This document shows, one piece after another, positions 37,809 through 52,500 of a stretch of DNA of 64,000 bases. Numbering within the stretch: position 1 is the first letter of the stretch; each line of letters begins with the position of its first letter. The position numbers and the translations under genes were made by a program. The notes beneath the pieces were generated by a model. That model made no database searches. It worked only from the letters and a program-made list of their open reading frames with translations, and had not been told where the DNA came from. The DNA is from Salpingoeca rosetta (lineage: Eukaryota > Protista > Choanoflagellata). The stretch covers positions 408,724-472,723 of the forward strand of contig JAWQFM010000003.1 of the NCBI GenBank assembly GCA_033442325.1, read 5' to 3'.

Positions 37809-40800
37809 AGCATAACCATGCACAAGTACATACGGCCCTGAGTCTTACATTCGCCCGAATCGGCCAACGTCGCCGTACGTGCCCGAAATACCAGTGTCGG
37901 AAGCGTCGAGGGCAATGCCAAAGTAAATAGCGACAATGAACGCTGGCACCACCCAGCACAACACGGACCACAACAGCGCCGAGCGCGCTCGCACAATGGC
38001 CGACACGTCAACAAGGTCGGCGCAGTACTCGCGAGTGCCTGCAAGCACGGCCGCCGTTGCCAGCGCCAGCGTCACCAGGAGCAGGTAGTGGGTCAGCATG
38101 CCGGCGGCAAACGCCAGCGTCTCGTCAACACTCGCACTGCGAACCGTATAGGCTCCGATGATGAAGAGCGAGCCCGCCAGGAACAGAGACACAAACGCCT
38201 GCGCGCGGTAGGAGCTGGCGCGACCGCGGCCCCACACCAGGTGTGTCAGCAGCAGCAGCACGCACCCAGCGAGCACAACGCCCGTGCCAGCCATGACAAC
38301 CAGCGGCACAGGGTCGGTGGTCTCCTCCAAGACGCCGTAGGTGTGTGCCATGTGCGTGCAGGCGCATTCCAAGGTGCCTTGGTCTCCAGCATCAATCGCA
38401 AGCTCGCACCCGTCTGTCAGCCACATGCCCTCGTCCCAGTACGCACACCGCGGCTGGCGCACCTCCCCTGCGCCAGCACTGTCCGGGCTGAACGCAAACG
38501 TGAAGGTGTTTGTGGGGCCAAGTTCCGCCAGGTCCTCATCCGCGACACTCGCGTGCACAAGGACGCCATCAACAGCCCGCGTGCGCGCAGGAACGGGGAA
38601 CGTGTTGTCCTGCGCAGCAAAAGCAATTGCCACCAGCGTGTTGCACTGACTGTCGTCCGTTTCGGTTGTGTTTGTACTGCCGCCAGAGAGCAGCGAGTCC
38701 AGCGGCTGCAGGACATCGCCCAGGAATGGCGGTGCGTGCAGCTCAACCGTGGTCGCTGCAACAGGGAGGGATGACACGCGCCCGCTGAGCGATGCGGGCC
38801 GCGCCCGGGTCACCTCCCACGTCGCCCGTTCGCCAACAAACGAGCGCGTGCAACAACAAGAACAGCCTGCACTGCCGTCAACGGCTTCGTCGCAGTCCAC
38901 CAGCAACGCAGCGCCAAACTTGCGCAGGAGCGTGTCGATCCAGGGCTGCGGCTGCCGCTGCAGCAGCAGCGCATCCACAACGCCCGCAACGGCCTGCAAT
39001 TCAACCACAGTTGCCCTCCTCCTCCTCCTCCTCCTCCACATTCCCTCGTCGTGGCCGGCCTGACGTGGATCAGGTTGTGTATGTGAAACGGCAGATGCAG
39101 CGCCAGCGCCAGCAGCAACATCAGTCGTGCTTGATGGCACCACCTCAGCGCTAGTGCCGACGAAGGCGTCCAAGATGTTGGACAGGGCGGCGTGCATGAA
39201 GAAGAGCGAGTCTGAGCACACGCGATCTGTCTCAGCAAGTCCACTGGCAATGTCAGCGACGCATGTGGTTGAGGAAGCAATGCCGTCGTCAAGCACGACG
39301 TCTGCGTTGGACAGCCCCAGGCAGCCTTCGGGAACCAGCACCACGCACACGGTCCCGTCATCGCCGTTGCGGCTCCCAAGCGTGCCAGCCACCGTGTTGG
39401 CGGCTCCGCCCTGGCTTGACAGCTTGTCTGCAAACACGACAGTGACGCTGGCAAGCCGGCGAGCTCCGAGACGCGCGCCCTGCAGCGTCGTGTTGGATGT
39501 CACCAGCTCCACCGTGAAGTTGCCAATCAGGCCAGCGCCAAGCGCATCCGCAGACGGAATGGTGAGCGCAATGCTGGCCGCTGTCTGCCCCGCCACTAGA
39601 GAAACGCTGCCTTGTATGGACACGCTCAAGGTGTCGAAGCGGCCGCGGAAGGCGCGGTACGAGACTGCAAAGCTGCTGTCCAGGCCTCCCGAGCGCTCAA
39701 CATCGAGCACGGCCTGGTTGTTGCGAACAAGCAGCGCCACACTGCCCTCTGCAAACTGCACAACGCCCAGCGGGTCGTCGCTGGCGGCGACGGTCACCAC
39801 CACGCTGTTGGCATTGCGCGTCAGCACAACCGGTGTGTCAACAGCGTCCACGCAGGGCAGACTGCTGCGGGAAGGACACGCAAGCACGCGCACCAGCTCC
39901 ACGACAAACACCTCCTCAAACTCAGGGATGGCGTCGTCGAGAATGTCAAAAGACAGCGTGCTTGTGTTCTGGCCAGGCGCAAACGCAACCACTCCACTTA
40001 CCGGCGACACATCATCACCAACCGCATCAGTGGCGCCTGCTCCTGCTGTTGCTGTTGCTGCTGCTGCTGCTGTACTTGCGATGGGCGTTGTCGATGCACC
40101 ATTCGTGACGCTGCCTGCCACACGGATCGCCCAGGACACCAGCAGGTATCCCGATGCACCGGGAACATATGACCCGCCAGACCGCACGAGGGTCAGGGAA
40201 GCGCGTGAAGATGCCGCTGCTGTCGCCGCTGTGGACGTTGTTGATGCGGACTCGAAAACGCGAAGCCCACTCGACGCCAGCGCCGCCTCAAACCCAACCG
40301 TGCCGTCAGCAACCTCTAGAGGAATGGCAAATGCTGTGCCGCGGGCACTGTCATCAATGGCCACGCCCGAGTTGTCCGAGGACACGGTGGCGCTGGCGAC
40401 ACGCACAAGCACGGTCCGGCCCGCGACCAGGGCCACGCTGTCGCTGATATCAAGCTGGAGGCTCTGACGGGCCTGACCCTCGCTCAACGTGACAGAGAAG
40501 ACGCAGTCACTGCTGATGGTGGCGACGCCATTGGCTAGGGGACAGCTGCTCAGGTCCGCCATCTCCTGTGCTGTGGGTACGGCGGTGGCTGTGGCAGTGG
40601 TGCTGTTGCTTGTGGGTCGCGCGTTCAAATCGACCACGCAGGTGACGACGACTTGATCCACGGTTCCAAACGAGCGCAGTACGTCAAAGACGACGAAACG
40701 GGGCGCCCGCTGGGCAACCTGCACCACTTTTGCAGGGGCGCTCATACCAACAATGCCGTATGGGTCATCGCTTGGGGGCACAACAATGGTGACGCTGCGC

Positions 40801-43551
40801 GCTGTGTCATCGATGCTGCCCTGGTCCGCCACGTCCGCCACAAGCCGCGTGAGGGACACAACAAACACCTCTTGCAGCTCAGGTGTGCTGTCACCAAGCA
40901 CCTGCAGCGTGAGCACAGCGCTCTGCTGACCCTGCACAAACTCCAGCATGCCAGATGGCGGGCTGATGTCCGTTGACACGTCCTGGGATTGGGTTGTTGC
41001 TGCCGCAGAGGAGGCCGTCACCTGCCAGAACACAGACACGGCTCCGAATAGGCCAGCGCTGCGCTGGACGGTGAGCTGCACCGGCGTGGTGGCTGCAGCA
41101 GTGCCCGCGCTGGGCTCCTCAACCACGATGCTCCCTGCACCCGCAAACGCAAACCTGCCAGCGGCATCGTCACTGGCTGCCAGGACCACGCGTGTGGTCG
41201 TGCGGCCCAGCACGGCCCCGCCAAACACCTGTGTGAGGCGAACAATGAACGACTCGCTCTGCTCTGGCTCGTCGTCATCGGTCAGGGCAACAGAAAAGGA
41301 GGCCACCACCTCTCGCGACGCCAGCGTCACCTCGCCCGACTGCACGGGGAAGTCTACCCCAGCCTGTGCTGCTGCTGTTGTTGCCGCTGCTGGTGAGGAG
41401 GATGTGCCCCGATCTTCCTCCTCCACCGTCCACAGCACGGTTATGTCCCCGTGCGTGGCCGTGTCGCGCAGCAGGGAGAGGGTCACTGTGCCCTGGCTCT
41501 CCTGCGCGCTCACCACGTCGCTGTCCAGCGACACGCGCCCGTACGTGAACACGCCCTCCGTCACAGAGAGTGCCGCCGTGCTGCGAGTAGCGTCAATACC
41601 GGGGACAATCCCAGCAGCGTATGCACTTGCAGATGTGGTGCCATCTGCCAGCGACACGCCCATCAGCTCCGCGCCGAGCGTGCCGGAAACCTCCAGTCTC
41701 AGCGCCTCTGGTATGGCTGCCTGCACCCGCACCGTTGTCTGTGCGGACGCGAATGTACCCGTGCCCGTGTGTTCCCACGTCGTGGCACTCACGTCCAAGA
41801 ACAGGCTTGCCACGGGGGCCGCGTACACCAGACGGTACGAAAACGTCAGCGGTCCAAACGTGCCGCCAGCGCGGTGCACGTCCAGCACAGCCGTGCGCGT
41901 TTGTGTGTCCAGGTCTGTGACGATTGCGATGCTGCCGTCAGACACTTCGTCCCTGTTGTTGGTACTGGAGACGTTTGCTCGCTCAAGGTAGAGGGTGCCC
42001 GCAGGGTTGTCGTTGGCAACCACGACGAGGGCAACAAGCTCAGTGGCAAGGCTGACCCACGTCGCGTTGTGGAGTGAGAAGGTCAGCAGGCACACTTCGT
42101 CCCGCTCAGGAAGCTCATCAGAGGGGATGTTGAGCACAATGTCCATGCTTTCTGAGACCGACACTTGGCCTTGCCGGGGCTCTGCACAGGGCACAGCGCT
42201 GGTGGGTGTACCTGAAGCAGCTGTCCCTGTTGCCTCCTCAACGCTGCTGAGTCGCCAGCGAAGTGTCGCAGGCAAGGCCGCGGATGCCGTTGTCGGCGCA
42301 AAGCGTCCATGCTCACGTTGCAGCCTCAGCGCGAGAGCTTCGCCTTCGTTGGCAATGACAACACCTGCCACACCACCGACCGTGACATCGCTTCCAGCGG
42401 CCACCTCGGCCAGATCTGGGCTGGCGAGCCGCACAACCCCTCCAGCAGCGCTCTCCGGCACCAGCGCCGTTGCCTCGAAGGTGTCGTACGTTTGCACCAC
42501 CACGGGAGCACCAGTCGAGGGCGAGGGTACCGTTGCTTGCACTTGTGTCAATGTGATGCGCAGTCGCGAATCGGTCACCAGCTTCGCATCCAGCGAAAGT
42601 GGCAGCCGCAAGAGCGCAGCGTGCTCTCCAGCCCGCAGAATTGTCACCGGATCTGCCTGCGCAATGTCGAGCAAGCCCTCCACAACGAGGAAGCTGTTGT
42701 CGCCGCCATCGCTGCTGTATGCCGCGGAAATGTGGGCAACAATGTCACCAAATGTTCCGCCTGCTCGGGTCACGTTGATGGTGACAAGGCGGCTGACTAG
42801 ATGACGATCAGATGTTGTGACACTGTTGTTTGCCTCATTCGATGTCGTAGCCAGCGTCACCTCCGCGGTGGAGGCAACGTGAAGGGCGCCAAATGGCTCG
42901 CCACTCGCTGCGATGGTAACGCGGACCTGGCTGTTGTTGTGCAGCAATGTAACGCCAGGGTTGCTCAGCTGCACGAGCGAAACGACAAACGTCTCTTCCA
43001 GCTCGTCTTCACCGTCGGCAACGCAGAGCACGCGAATACGTGTTGATACCACACGTTGTCCCTGGGTTGAGTTGAGCTGAACGGTCGAGAGTGATACGTC
43101 TGTCGAGATGTCCGCGCGTGTGGCTCCAGCCCCAATTGGGGACAGTGCCAGCTCTGCAATCAAATCATCATAGGCATCCGGCAGCCGACGCACAGCCAGG
43201 GTAATGACTTCGCCTTCCACGCATGTGATGGCACGCTCGCCGCCCTCCGTTTCCAAGAACACGCCGCCGCGCGGGTTGTCGCTTCCAGCGATGACCAAGT
43301 CAACATGCCCTCGCTCTGCGTCAATGTGTGGAGCAGATGCGACACTGGCAACGGCGGCATCGTCGCTGCTCTCTTGTGCGGCAGGCTCGGGATGGGAGGA
43401 CAGTGTGATGCGCACCTGCGCTGCCACCTCTGCAATGTCGTCGGGGTCAATGGTTAGCACAAGCGTCTGGGTGCCTTCGCCCTCATCAAATGTCAGCATG
43501 CCGGCCATTTCGCGCAGGACATGCTGCAGGGCGCTTGCACCACCACCACCA

Positions 43552-43588
<37 letters not shown>

Positions 43589-46500
43589 TTGTGGACGCGT
43601 TGGCTACGCTACCAACAACATCTGCCCGCCAGAACACAGTCGCCGCTGCCATCACAGGGCCCGTGCGAACAACCTTCAACAAAACCCGCACAGGATCTGC
43701 ATCCTCTGGCTCTGCGTACATGTGCTGCATGGCGAGGGTCTCTTGGGAGAAGGAGAACGTGCCGTAGTACCGGTCGTTGGCAGGCGTGGCAATGCGCAAG
43801 GACCGCCGACCTGCATCGCTGTCTGCACGTGCACCATCCTCCACAGCCACAATGGTGAGGGCAAGGGCCTCCTCCCCCTCGGGCTGCTGATCGTTGAGGA
43901 ACACCAGCTCAACTTCAGCCTCCGTCTGCCCATCGGTGAACTCAATCACCGCCCGTGGCAGAAACGCGTCACCCTCAACATGCACATTCTCAAGCAGGGC
44001 AATGTCAACGCTGGTACTTCCTGCATCACCCAGCATGTGAAGGAGCCAGGGCTCGGTGTGTAGCCCCGGTGCAGCTTCAAGCGTGGATGGCAATGCCGCG
44101 CCGTTCACCCAGGCCGAGTAGCCCAGATACGAGGTGTCGATGGCAGTGACGTGGTCACCCACACTTGCCTGTGCCACGGCTACAAAGCGACTGGCCTGCA
44201 CATCATACACGTAAGCCACAACGTGGTGCGCGCTGATGTTGTTGTTGCTGCTACTGCTGTTGTTGTTGTTGCTGTTGTTGCTGCTTGCATCTTCGTCTTG
44301 TTCGATGAGCGCAAGCAGTACTGGTGAAAACGACACACTGCTGCTGCCACTGCTACTGACATGATTGAGCGAAGATACACCACGTACACCAAAGGATGGT
44401 AGGCCAAGTTGGTCCACAACTGTGTCTGCGGAGAGAACAACAATGTGTACGGGCACCGTATCAGCAGCACCACCGTCTCGTGTCGAAAGCACCTCAACCA
44501 CCACTGGCGGCATATCAGGGTCACGCTTCACGCCGATGAGAAGCGCCCTCGTGTAGTCCTCCTGAGCATCTGCCCCACCAGCAAACACGTGTGTCCATTG
44601 TGCCACGCCGGCCAGGGCCATACTCACGTCCACAGGTTCACCGCTCTCGCTGGCAGCGGCATCAGCTGTCACCTGCAACTGCTCGAGGGTGCCTTGCGGG
44701 GTCACGACAAACGCGGCCGCCGTGCCGCTGTCCGCCGACGCAACAAGCAGCAGCGGAGACAACACCGTGGTCACGACCCCAACTTCTTCTGCTGTTGCTT
44801 CTGTTCCATCTGCACCAACACTGTGGCGGACAATGCCGGATGTAGCGTGGAAGCTCGTGGGGAAGACGCCCTCAACAACACTGGTCTCTGCCAGCGCGCC
44901 ATCCTCCGTGACGCGCAGCAGCTTGATCTGCCCCGTCAACTGCCCTTCGTCGTTGTAGTCGCTGCCAACCGCAACATACGCCGTGCTGTTGTTCACCGCA
45001 ATAAACGCCGTGCACGTTGGATTGACCGTGCTGAGGGTGGCGGTCGGCACCATAAACTCGCCGTCCAGCATGTACAGGGTGGACAGGGACGCCGAGGGGA
45101 TGATGCTGTTGCGCAGACTGAAGACGGGCAGAAAAACAAACACGTTTTGTCCAACACGCCCCGTGGCCAACGACCGCACGTCTCGGTTGCTCAGCACCTG
45201 CTGGGCTTGTGCCGGTGCAACTGTTGTGGCACCAATCTCGTCAGCATTGTTGTTGTTGTTGTTGTTGGTCTGCATCGCATAGAGAACAGTCTGCTGACGT
45301 GTCGCCACGACCGCAAACAGGGTGTCGCCTTCAGCAAACGTCACCACGGCTTCTGGCTCTGCCTGCATCTGCACCTGAGGCCACTCGGCCACAGAACGCA
45401 CCCAATCTGACAACACGCCTGTGCTGGAAGTAGCTGTTTCTGCGGACGGCGATGTCACTGTCGAAAACAGTGACGATGCCGCTGCATCTGTTTCTTCTGC
45501 TGTGTCTGCGATTGCCTGCTCAGCTGTGCGTGCAAGTGAGAAGGCGAATTGGCCGGCCGCGCCGGAAGCGCCTGTGGCCGTCTCAAAGTCGAGAGCAACA
45601 TGTACAGTCACGTTGCCAAAGGCCCCGCCCTGTGCCATATCACGCACAAGCAGTGCCGAGTACACACCCGCAGCCTCGTTGACCCTGACCGTGCCATCGC
45701 CAGCAACCACATCGCCATTCATGTGCACAATTCGGAACACACCACGCGCGTTGTCGTTCTCGGCAATCACGATGCGCGTCTCATCCAAGGACCCAACCTC
45801 TGGTGGCAGGGTGTAGCTCTGTACAGCTGGTGGCACCATCTCAGCCACGGAAGTGCCATCAGCCAAAGACAGGATCTCCAGCTGTGTGATGCGCACGTGG
45901 AACGCCTCTGCCAGCTCGGGATTCGTGTCATCAATCACGTCAATGTTCACGCCGACGGCGTCGCTTGTGGCCGGCAAATCCACGAACGTGGTGAGAAGCA
46001 CAAAGTCTTCCACGGGAACTGCGCGCTGACGCGCAGGGTCTTGCATGCTGCTGATGGCTTCCAAGTGCACGCGAACGGTGCCCAGGCTGCCGGAGCCTGG
46101 CGCGCGCACAACCGACAAGCGTTGTCCCTGGCGCAGTGCTGAGTCACCCTCCGTCGTGTCAACCTCAACCTGGGACAGCTCATACACGCCAAGGGCACTG
46201 TCGCTGCTCTGCACGTTCAGCAACACTTCCTGTCTTGCGCTGGGATCAAACACGCCGTTCTCAGACACAGACGTCAAGCGTAGCACAGCCTGCTGAGCCA
46301 GCTCTGGCACTGTGTCGGAGACCAGCTCCAGGTGAATCGGCAGCCGCCGTGTTTGCGCACCAAAGAAGGTCAGTTGGCCCGTGTGTGGTGGCAGAAACTG
46401 TGCCCGGGCTTCTCCCGTCAGCGCCCAGGTGACAACAAGTTCGCCACTCGTCGCAACGTCAAGTCGCTGAACCCACACTGTTGCGTTGCTGGACAGCCCG

Positions 46501-49500
46501 CTTGTGCCCACAGCTCCATCATCGCCATTGCCAGCCACCACCGTGCCGTCATCGGCTGCGTCTTCACTCAACAGGATGGCTGCGCCAGCCGCTTCAAATG
46601 CAACGCGATCGTCGTCGGGACGGGCGACAACCGCCACCTCGCTCTGTGCTGTATCCAGCTCCCCACCGTTGTATGTCCGCAAGAGCCTCAGCGCGTATGT
46701 GTTGATGACATTGGGAACACCGTCATCCAGCAGCTGCACATCAAAGGCTGCTTGCATCACCCCAACGCCCAGCGTCACGTTGCCCTGGGCGTGGTCAAAT
46801 CGTACTGCTGGTGCATCTGCCTCGATGCCGCTGCCAGCATGCACAATCTCCCATTCAACAAGAATCTCTTTAAGGGCGGCCACGGAACGTGCGACGCTGA
46901 TGTTGAACACATTGCCTTCTGCAGCGCTGATGCGCCTGGCACTGGTGCTGTTGGCCGCGCCGGCAACACTGACCAGCCCGCCCGGGTTGTCGCTCTCCTC
47001 AACTTCCAATCGGACCGTGCTGTTCCTGCCGCTGGTCACGCTGGCCACGCCGCTGGCGTTCACAAGGGACACGTCAAACTGCTGCACAATCTCGGGCACA
47101 GCATCATCCACCACAAACACATCAAAGCTCACGCGCATCTCACCCTCCGCAAACACAACGCAGCCCTCTGCAGGCGACAGCTGCTGCGCTACCGAGACAG
47201 AAGCTCCTGTGGCGTGCGTTGTTGAGTTGTCTGTCACCGTTGACATGGTATCCGTGCTCGCGTCTGACGTGGCTTGCTCCGCAGCAACCGCCATCGCCAT
47301 CCAGCACACCGTGGATGTGCCCTTGGTGCTGACAGACCGCTGCACATCAAACTGCACGCGCTGCCCTTCCGCGCCAGCCACAACAGCGACACTGCCTTGA
47401 CTTGGTGACGTCATTGCTGGCGGTGCCGCCGCTGCTGCTGAGAGAGAGAACAGGCCATTGACGTCATCGTTGGCAGCAACACCCACAATCGTGGGCGTTG
47501 CAACACATTCTGGGCCAGCACCTGGGTGGGTGTACCCTTGTGGCGAGACAAGCTCGCATTGCACGATGTCCACCACAGCCAGCTCCAACCCTTCGGGCAT
47601 GGTGTCATCTGCCAGCGGCAACACGACGAGCGCTTCCTCTGCGCCAGACGGAATCCGTACAGTAGCTGTCTGCGTGCTGCTGTTTTGCAAATCGGCCAGG
47701 GAGATGCTGCTGATACTGTCAGTCACTGTGGGGAACGCGTGCAGGTGAATGTCGAGAACGAACAGCAGTCCAAGATCCGTGGTTGCGCCCGTACTTGTGT
47801 TTGCACTTGTCACAGTGTCTTCCTCTGTAGCTGACACGACGAGGTGACCCGCCGCATCTTGGTCGTACAACAGGCACAGGTCACGTGTGCTGCCAGCAAG
47901 CACGAAGGCAGCGCACTCAAAGTCAGCCTGCGTCAAACATGCACGCGCGCACGCGACAGCGTCTTCATCGCCATCACGGGCAGGCACCATGGCCGTGAAG
48001 TTTAGCAGCGCTTCGGTGGTGGCTTGAGCTGCCCCAGACGTGGCGTTGTTCTTGCTGCTGCAGCCGCTTGTCATGGCGGTCGTGGAGTTTGTGGCTGTGG
48101 TTGTGGTGTTTGATTCTGGGCCCATGCTAGCCGTGTCCAAGCAGATTGGAATGGTGATGGGGGACTGCGACATGAACCAGTCAAGTGGGTCGAGGGGGCG
48201 AATGCGAACCGTCACATCCACCTCGCCCAGCAGCCCCAAACTGCGGACAACGCGCAGCGCCCCACCGGCAGGGCTGTCCTCACGCACAACCTGGTTCTCG
48301 GGAATGAAGAAGCGCCCAAAGTCGTATGCGTTATCGGATGGCAATACTGTCACGTTCGCTGTCTGTGCGCTTGCACGCACGCCCGCCATGGCGCCGGCCG
48401 TGGTGGACACCACATTCAGGGTGAGCTCAAACCACTCCGCACCCTCCGGCACCTTGTCGCCGACCACTCGCGCCGTGACGTTAACCTGCCTCTCCCCAGG
48501 CTGGAAGTGCACAATCACTGAGCCGTTGCTGACCGGCACAACGGAAGCAGTCGACGTCGATGGTGAGAGCACCACTTCGTGCGATGACGTTGTGCCGTCC
48601 GCCATGGACAGCACCAGTTCAACGCTCTCCGCAGCGCCCTGATCGCGCGTCACAGTCACAGTCACCACCTCGTCCTCCGCGGCCACGTACACGTGTTGGC
48701 TTGCGTGCTGGGTGGACTTCAAGTGCCACAGCGACAGGCCAAAGAGGCCCGCGGGAAAGTCGTCTTGAGCAACAGCAATGTCGATGACACCCATGTTGTC
48801 GACGCCTTGGACCTGTGCCATGCGTGCATCCATTGTCGTGGCGGGGAGGCTAAGCCCAAGCCGCACGGTGTAGTTGAAGTTTGCAGCCGTGTCATCACGA
48901 ACTTGCACGGCCACGTCGCTTTCGCGCTGGCCTTCTTCAAACACCACCCACGTGGGTGAAATACGGAGGTTGTTTGTGTCGGCCAGCGCAAACGTGGCCG
49001 TGTCCAGGACGCGAGCGTCGTGCTGCACTCCAACAAAGACGATGCTTGCATTCACGGCTACCAGCGCCCCACCCGTGCGGACGATATGCATGGTTGCGTT
49101 GTCGCCCTCGCTCAACTCCAGACGTGACTGCGCATACTGCACAGTGCCACCAGGAAAGTCGCTGTGGGCAATGCGCAATTGCGCTGTGTCTTGTTGGCCG
49201 AGCACGCCCTTGCTGCTGGGCGCAATGCTAAGCACCAAGGTGGCGCTCTCCGCGAGCTCGGGCACAGCGTCATCGGTGATTTCCACATCAAAGTGCAGCG
49301 TGGGCTGCGTTTCCTCGCCGTGCACGCCGGAAGCAAACACCAGTGTTCCGTTTAGCCCCGTCGACACCGCAAAGTCGCCTGCAGACGCAAGCCCCGCACT
49401 CCCCATGTTCGTGTCGTTGTGTGATGTTGCACGGCTGGATGTGTCAATGGCCCACATGACCATCGTGTCCTCAAACGTCCCGGCAAACCGGGTCACACCA

Positions 49501-52500
49501 ATGCGCGCCACTTGCCCTTCCTCAGTATGGACAATGGACGAGGCAAACGCGAACCGCCCATAAGGGTCGTCGCTCTCCTCAATCACCACCACGCGCTTCT
49601 CGGTGTTGCCGGTGCTGTCCGTGGCAATGCTCAGTGCACCACCAAGCGCGTCGCTGGCAGCAACTGCTATATCGTCATTGCCACTGCTGCTGCTGCCTGC
49701 GTCAGTGCTCAACACCAGCCGCGCGTTGCTCAGGTGCACAAACACCTGCTCCTGCACTTCAGGCAACTCGTCGTCGAGAATGTCAAGCGTAATCACCTTC
49801 TCCGCCTCACCTGCAGCAAAGTCGAGTGTCGTGTGCAGACCAACATAGTCCAGACCCTCCACGCTGGCATTGGCCGTGCTGTACGTCTCCCGAACATACA
49901 CCGTCCACTCGCTCAGGACATCAGCGATGTCGGAAATGCCCACAGTGGGTTCACGTTGAAGAGCAAAGAGCGCACAAGTGAAAGTGGAGGCGGCACCATT
50001 GCTGCCTCTGACATTGCGTGTATCTGTCGCGTTGAGATCAGCGGCATTACTGGTGGTGCTGTTGCTGGTGGTGTTGGGTTGAAACCAGCCAAACGCCACA
50101 CAATCGACGGTGGCGTTGGTGATGCACATGCTTGCACACTCCTCCACTTTGCTTGCAGCTGACCAGCTTGCAACGGTGACGTCGCTGACGTCCATGGTGC
50201 TGGTGCTATTCCCGCTGCTGTCGCCTGTGGTTGCGCTGGCGTTCTGAGTCTGTGCAAGCATTTCGGCCACATCAACCATTGCCATTGGCAAAGAAAAGAG
50301 TGACATCAACTCGTCTGCCGTGTCCACATCAACGAGAACACGACCCTCAGTGCCACGCAGCCGCTGCACGCGGATGGTCGCCTGCGACGACTCCCCATCA
50401 CCGCCCTCCGCCACCCGTGAGCGAAGCACCGCAAAGGAGAACAGGCCGTACGCGTTGTCGTTGGCTGCAATGCCAATGTCCAGTGATGCTGCGGCGCCTT
50501 GCGCCACAGAGATCTCGGCACCGCGCGCAGAGAGAATGAGCAGCGAAAACGCCTCGGGCAGTTCAGGTACCGTGTCATCGACGACAGTAAAGGCGAGGCT
50601 TGCTGTGGTTTGCCCAATTTCCAGCGTCGTCGTGCCGGCCGCAGGGACAATATCGCCAGTGTCCGGCTCAATCGCCCACTGCACCACGACGCGATCGTAG
50701 GCGGACGGTCCGCGGCGCAGGGTCGCCGAGAATGCAGCGCCCTCCTTCAGCGACAGCAGAGTGGGCGGTGCCGGTGCAAACGCCACAGCACACTCGGGGC
50801 AAGAGCGCAGCACGAATGTCGCCTCGTCACGCACAACGCGGCTTTCACCCAGGCTGTTAGTGACGTTGACAATGTACACGGTCAGCCCTTGCCCGTCAGG
50901 GATGTCTGCCACGACAGAGGCACTGAGAGGCACCACCACTGTGGCGCGGTCGCTGTCAGCAGCATCGCCATCAGTTACCTCACCAAACCACCTTGCTGGA
51001 AACACCACGGTGGCACGGAAGCGGCTCAGGTCGTGTGTGGTACTGCGCTGTGCTGCTGTGGCGCGAGCAGCAAGCTGCACGACGACGTCACCGTAGTATC
51101 CGACGCTCCTCTGTACGGTCACAGTCACGTTTCCTTCTCCGCGCAGAACATCCACTGCACCCAGCGGCTGTACGAGCTCAAGCACGCCATATGCGTCGTC
51201 GCTGGAGTCCACTACCACCGCAGCATCCAGCAGCACAGTGCCCGCACCAACGACCGTCGCGCCTTCACTGCCACGCCGCGCAGGCAGGAGGGGGATGAGG
51301 GATCCAGTACCGGAAACTGCTGTACTGGATGCTGTTGTGGCTGTCAGGGACAGCGTGCCTTCCTTTGGCAGCTCAGGTACCGTGTTGTCCACCGGGGCAA
51401 GCGTGAACCCTGCCTCTGTCTGGCCGTGGGCAAGCACCACTTGCTGTGGAAACGTCAAGTCGTCCATGCGCAAGGTGGCGCTTTCTCCCTGCTTGATTCT
51501 GGAGATTTGCTCCGAGGCCGCGCCCAAGGAGACGTTCAGGTACACGGCACCAAATGAGCCAGCAACACGCTTCACAGACAGCACGGCAACGGTGTTGCCT
51601 GTCTCAGCCAGCGTAACCATGGCTCTTGTCCCGTTGGAGCTGCTATCAACACTGATTTGTGCTTCACCGCTGTTGATGCGCGTCGTATTGACACTCGTGC
51701 CATTGCTGTGGATGGTTGTGTTGACGTACTCCCACAGCAGGACGCCAAAGCGCGCCTCTTGGGGTGGCGTGACGAGAGTGGTCACGCGGGGACCAAGGCG
51801 CGGCGAGACCCCCTGTGGTGTTGTCACTACCGTGCCATCCTGCTGCTCCACAGAGATGACGGTTACGCAGAAGCGTGTGTTCTCTGCGAGCGACAATGAA
51901 AACGTGTCGGGAATGGGCACATTCGCTGATGCGACTGCCTGCCCTTCCGCAAATGGCACTTGCACAACCTCCTGCAGACCTTCCTCCGCCACGGAAACAC
52001 AGCCGGCGTTGTTGTGGTCAATGTGCAGCCGCACGCGTGCGCGAATGTCGGAGAAGAGCCCTCCAGAGCGTGCCAGTGTAAAGGACAGGTTGCGGTGCGT
52101 TGCAGATGCGATCACGCCGGCAGCAGCAAGGTCAACCACGCCATGGGGGTCGTCATTGGGAAGAATGGTCACAATGGCCGTCGATGCGTCCTGGGCAATG
52201 CTTGACGCACCAGGCGTCTCGCCCAAGGTCACCGCTGCCACTTGCTCAAGCTCCGGCACGCTGTCGTCCACAACGCGAAGCGTCAGCGTGGATGTGCTTT
52301 GGCCATCCTCAAACCACACGCTGCCATTGTGCGGTTGCAAAGAGGCTGCAGCGCCGCTGCCATCGGTGCTGACCGTGAACGGGACCGCCAGGCGCCCAAG
52401 CGTGCTCACTGTGCGCTGCACCGACAAGGTGATGGTGCGGTTTGTCTCTGCCACCGTATTCAGCCCAAGGACGAGCGACGCCGGTGCGAAGCGAAAGAGC

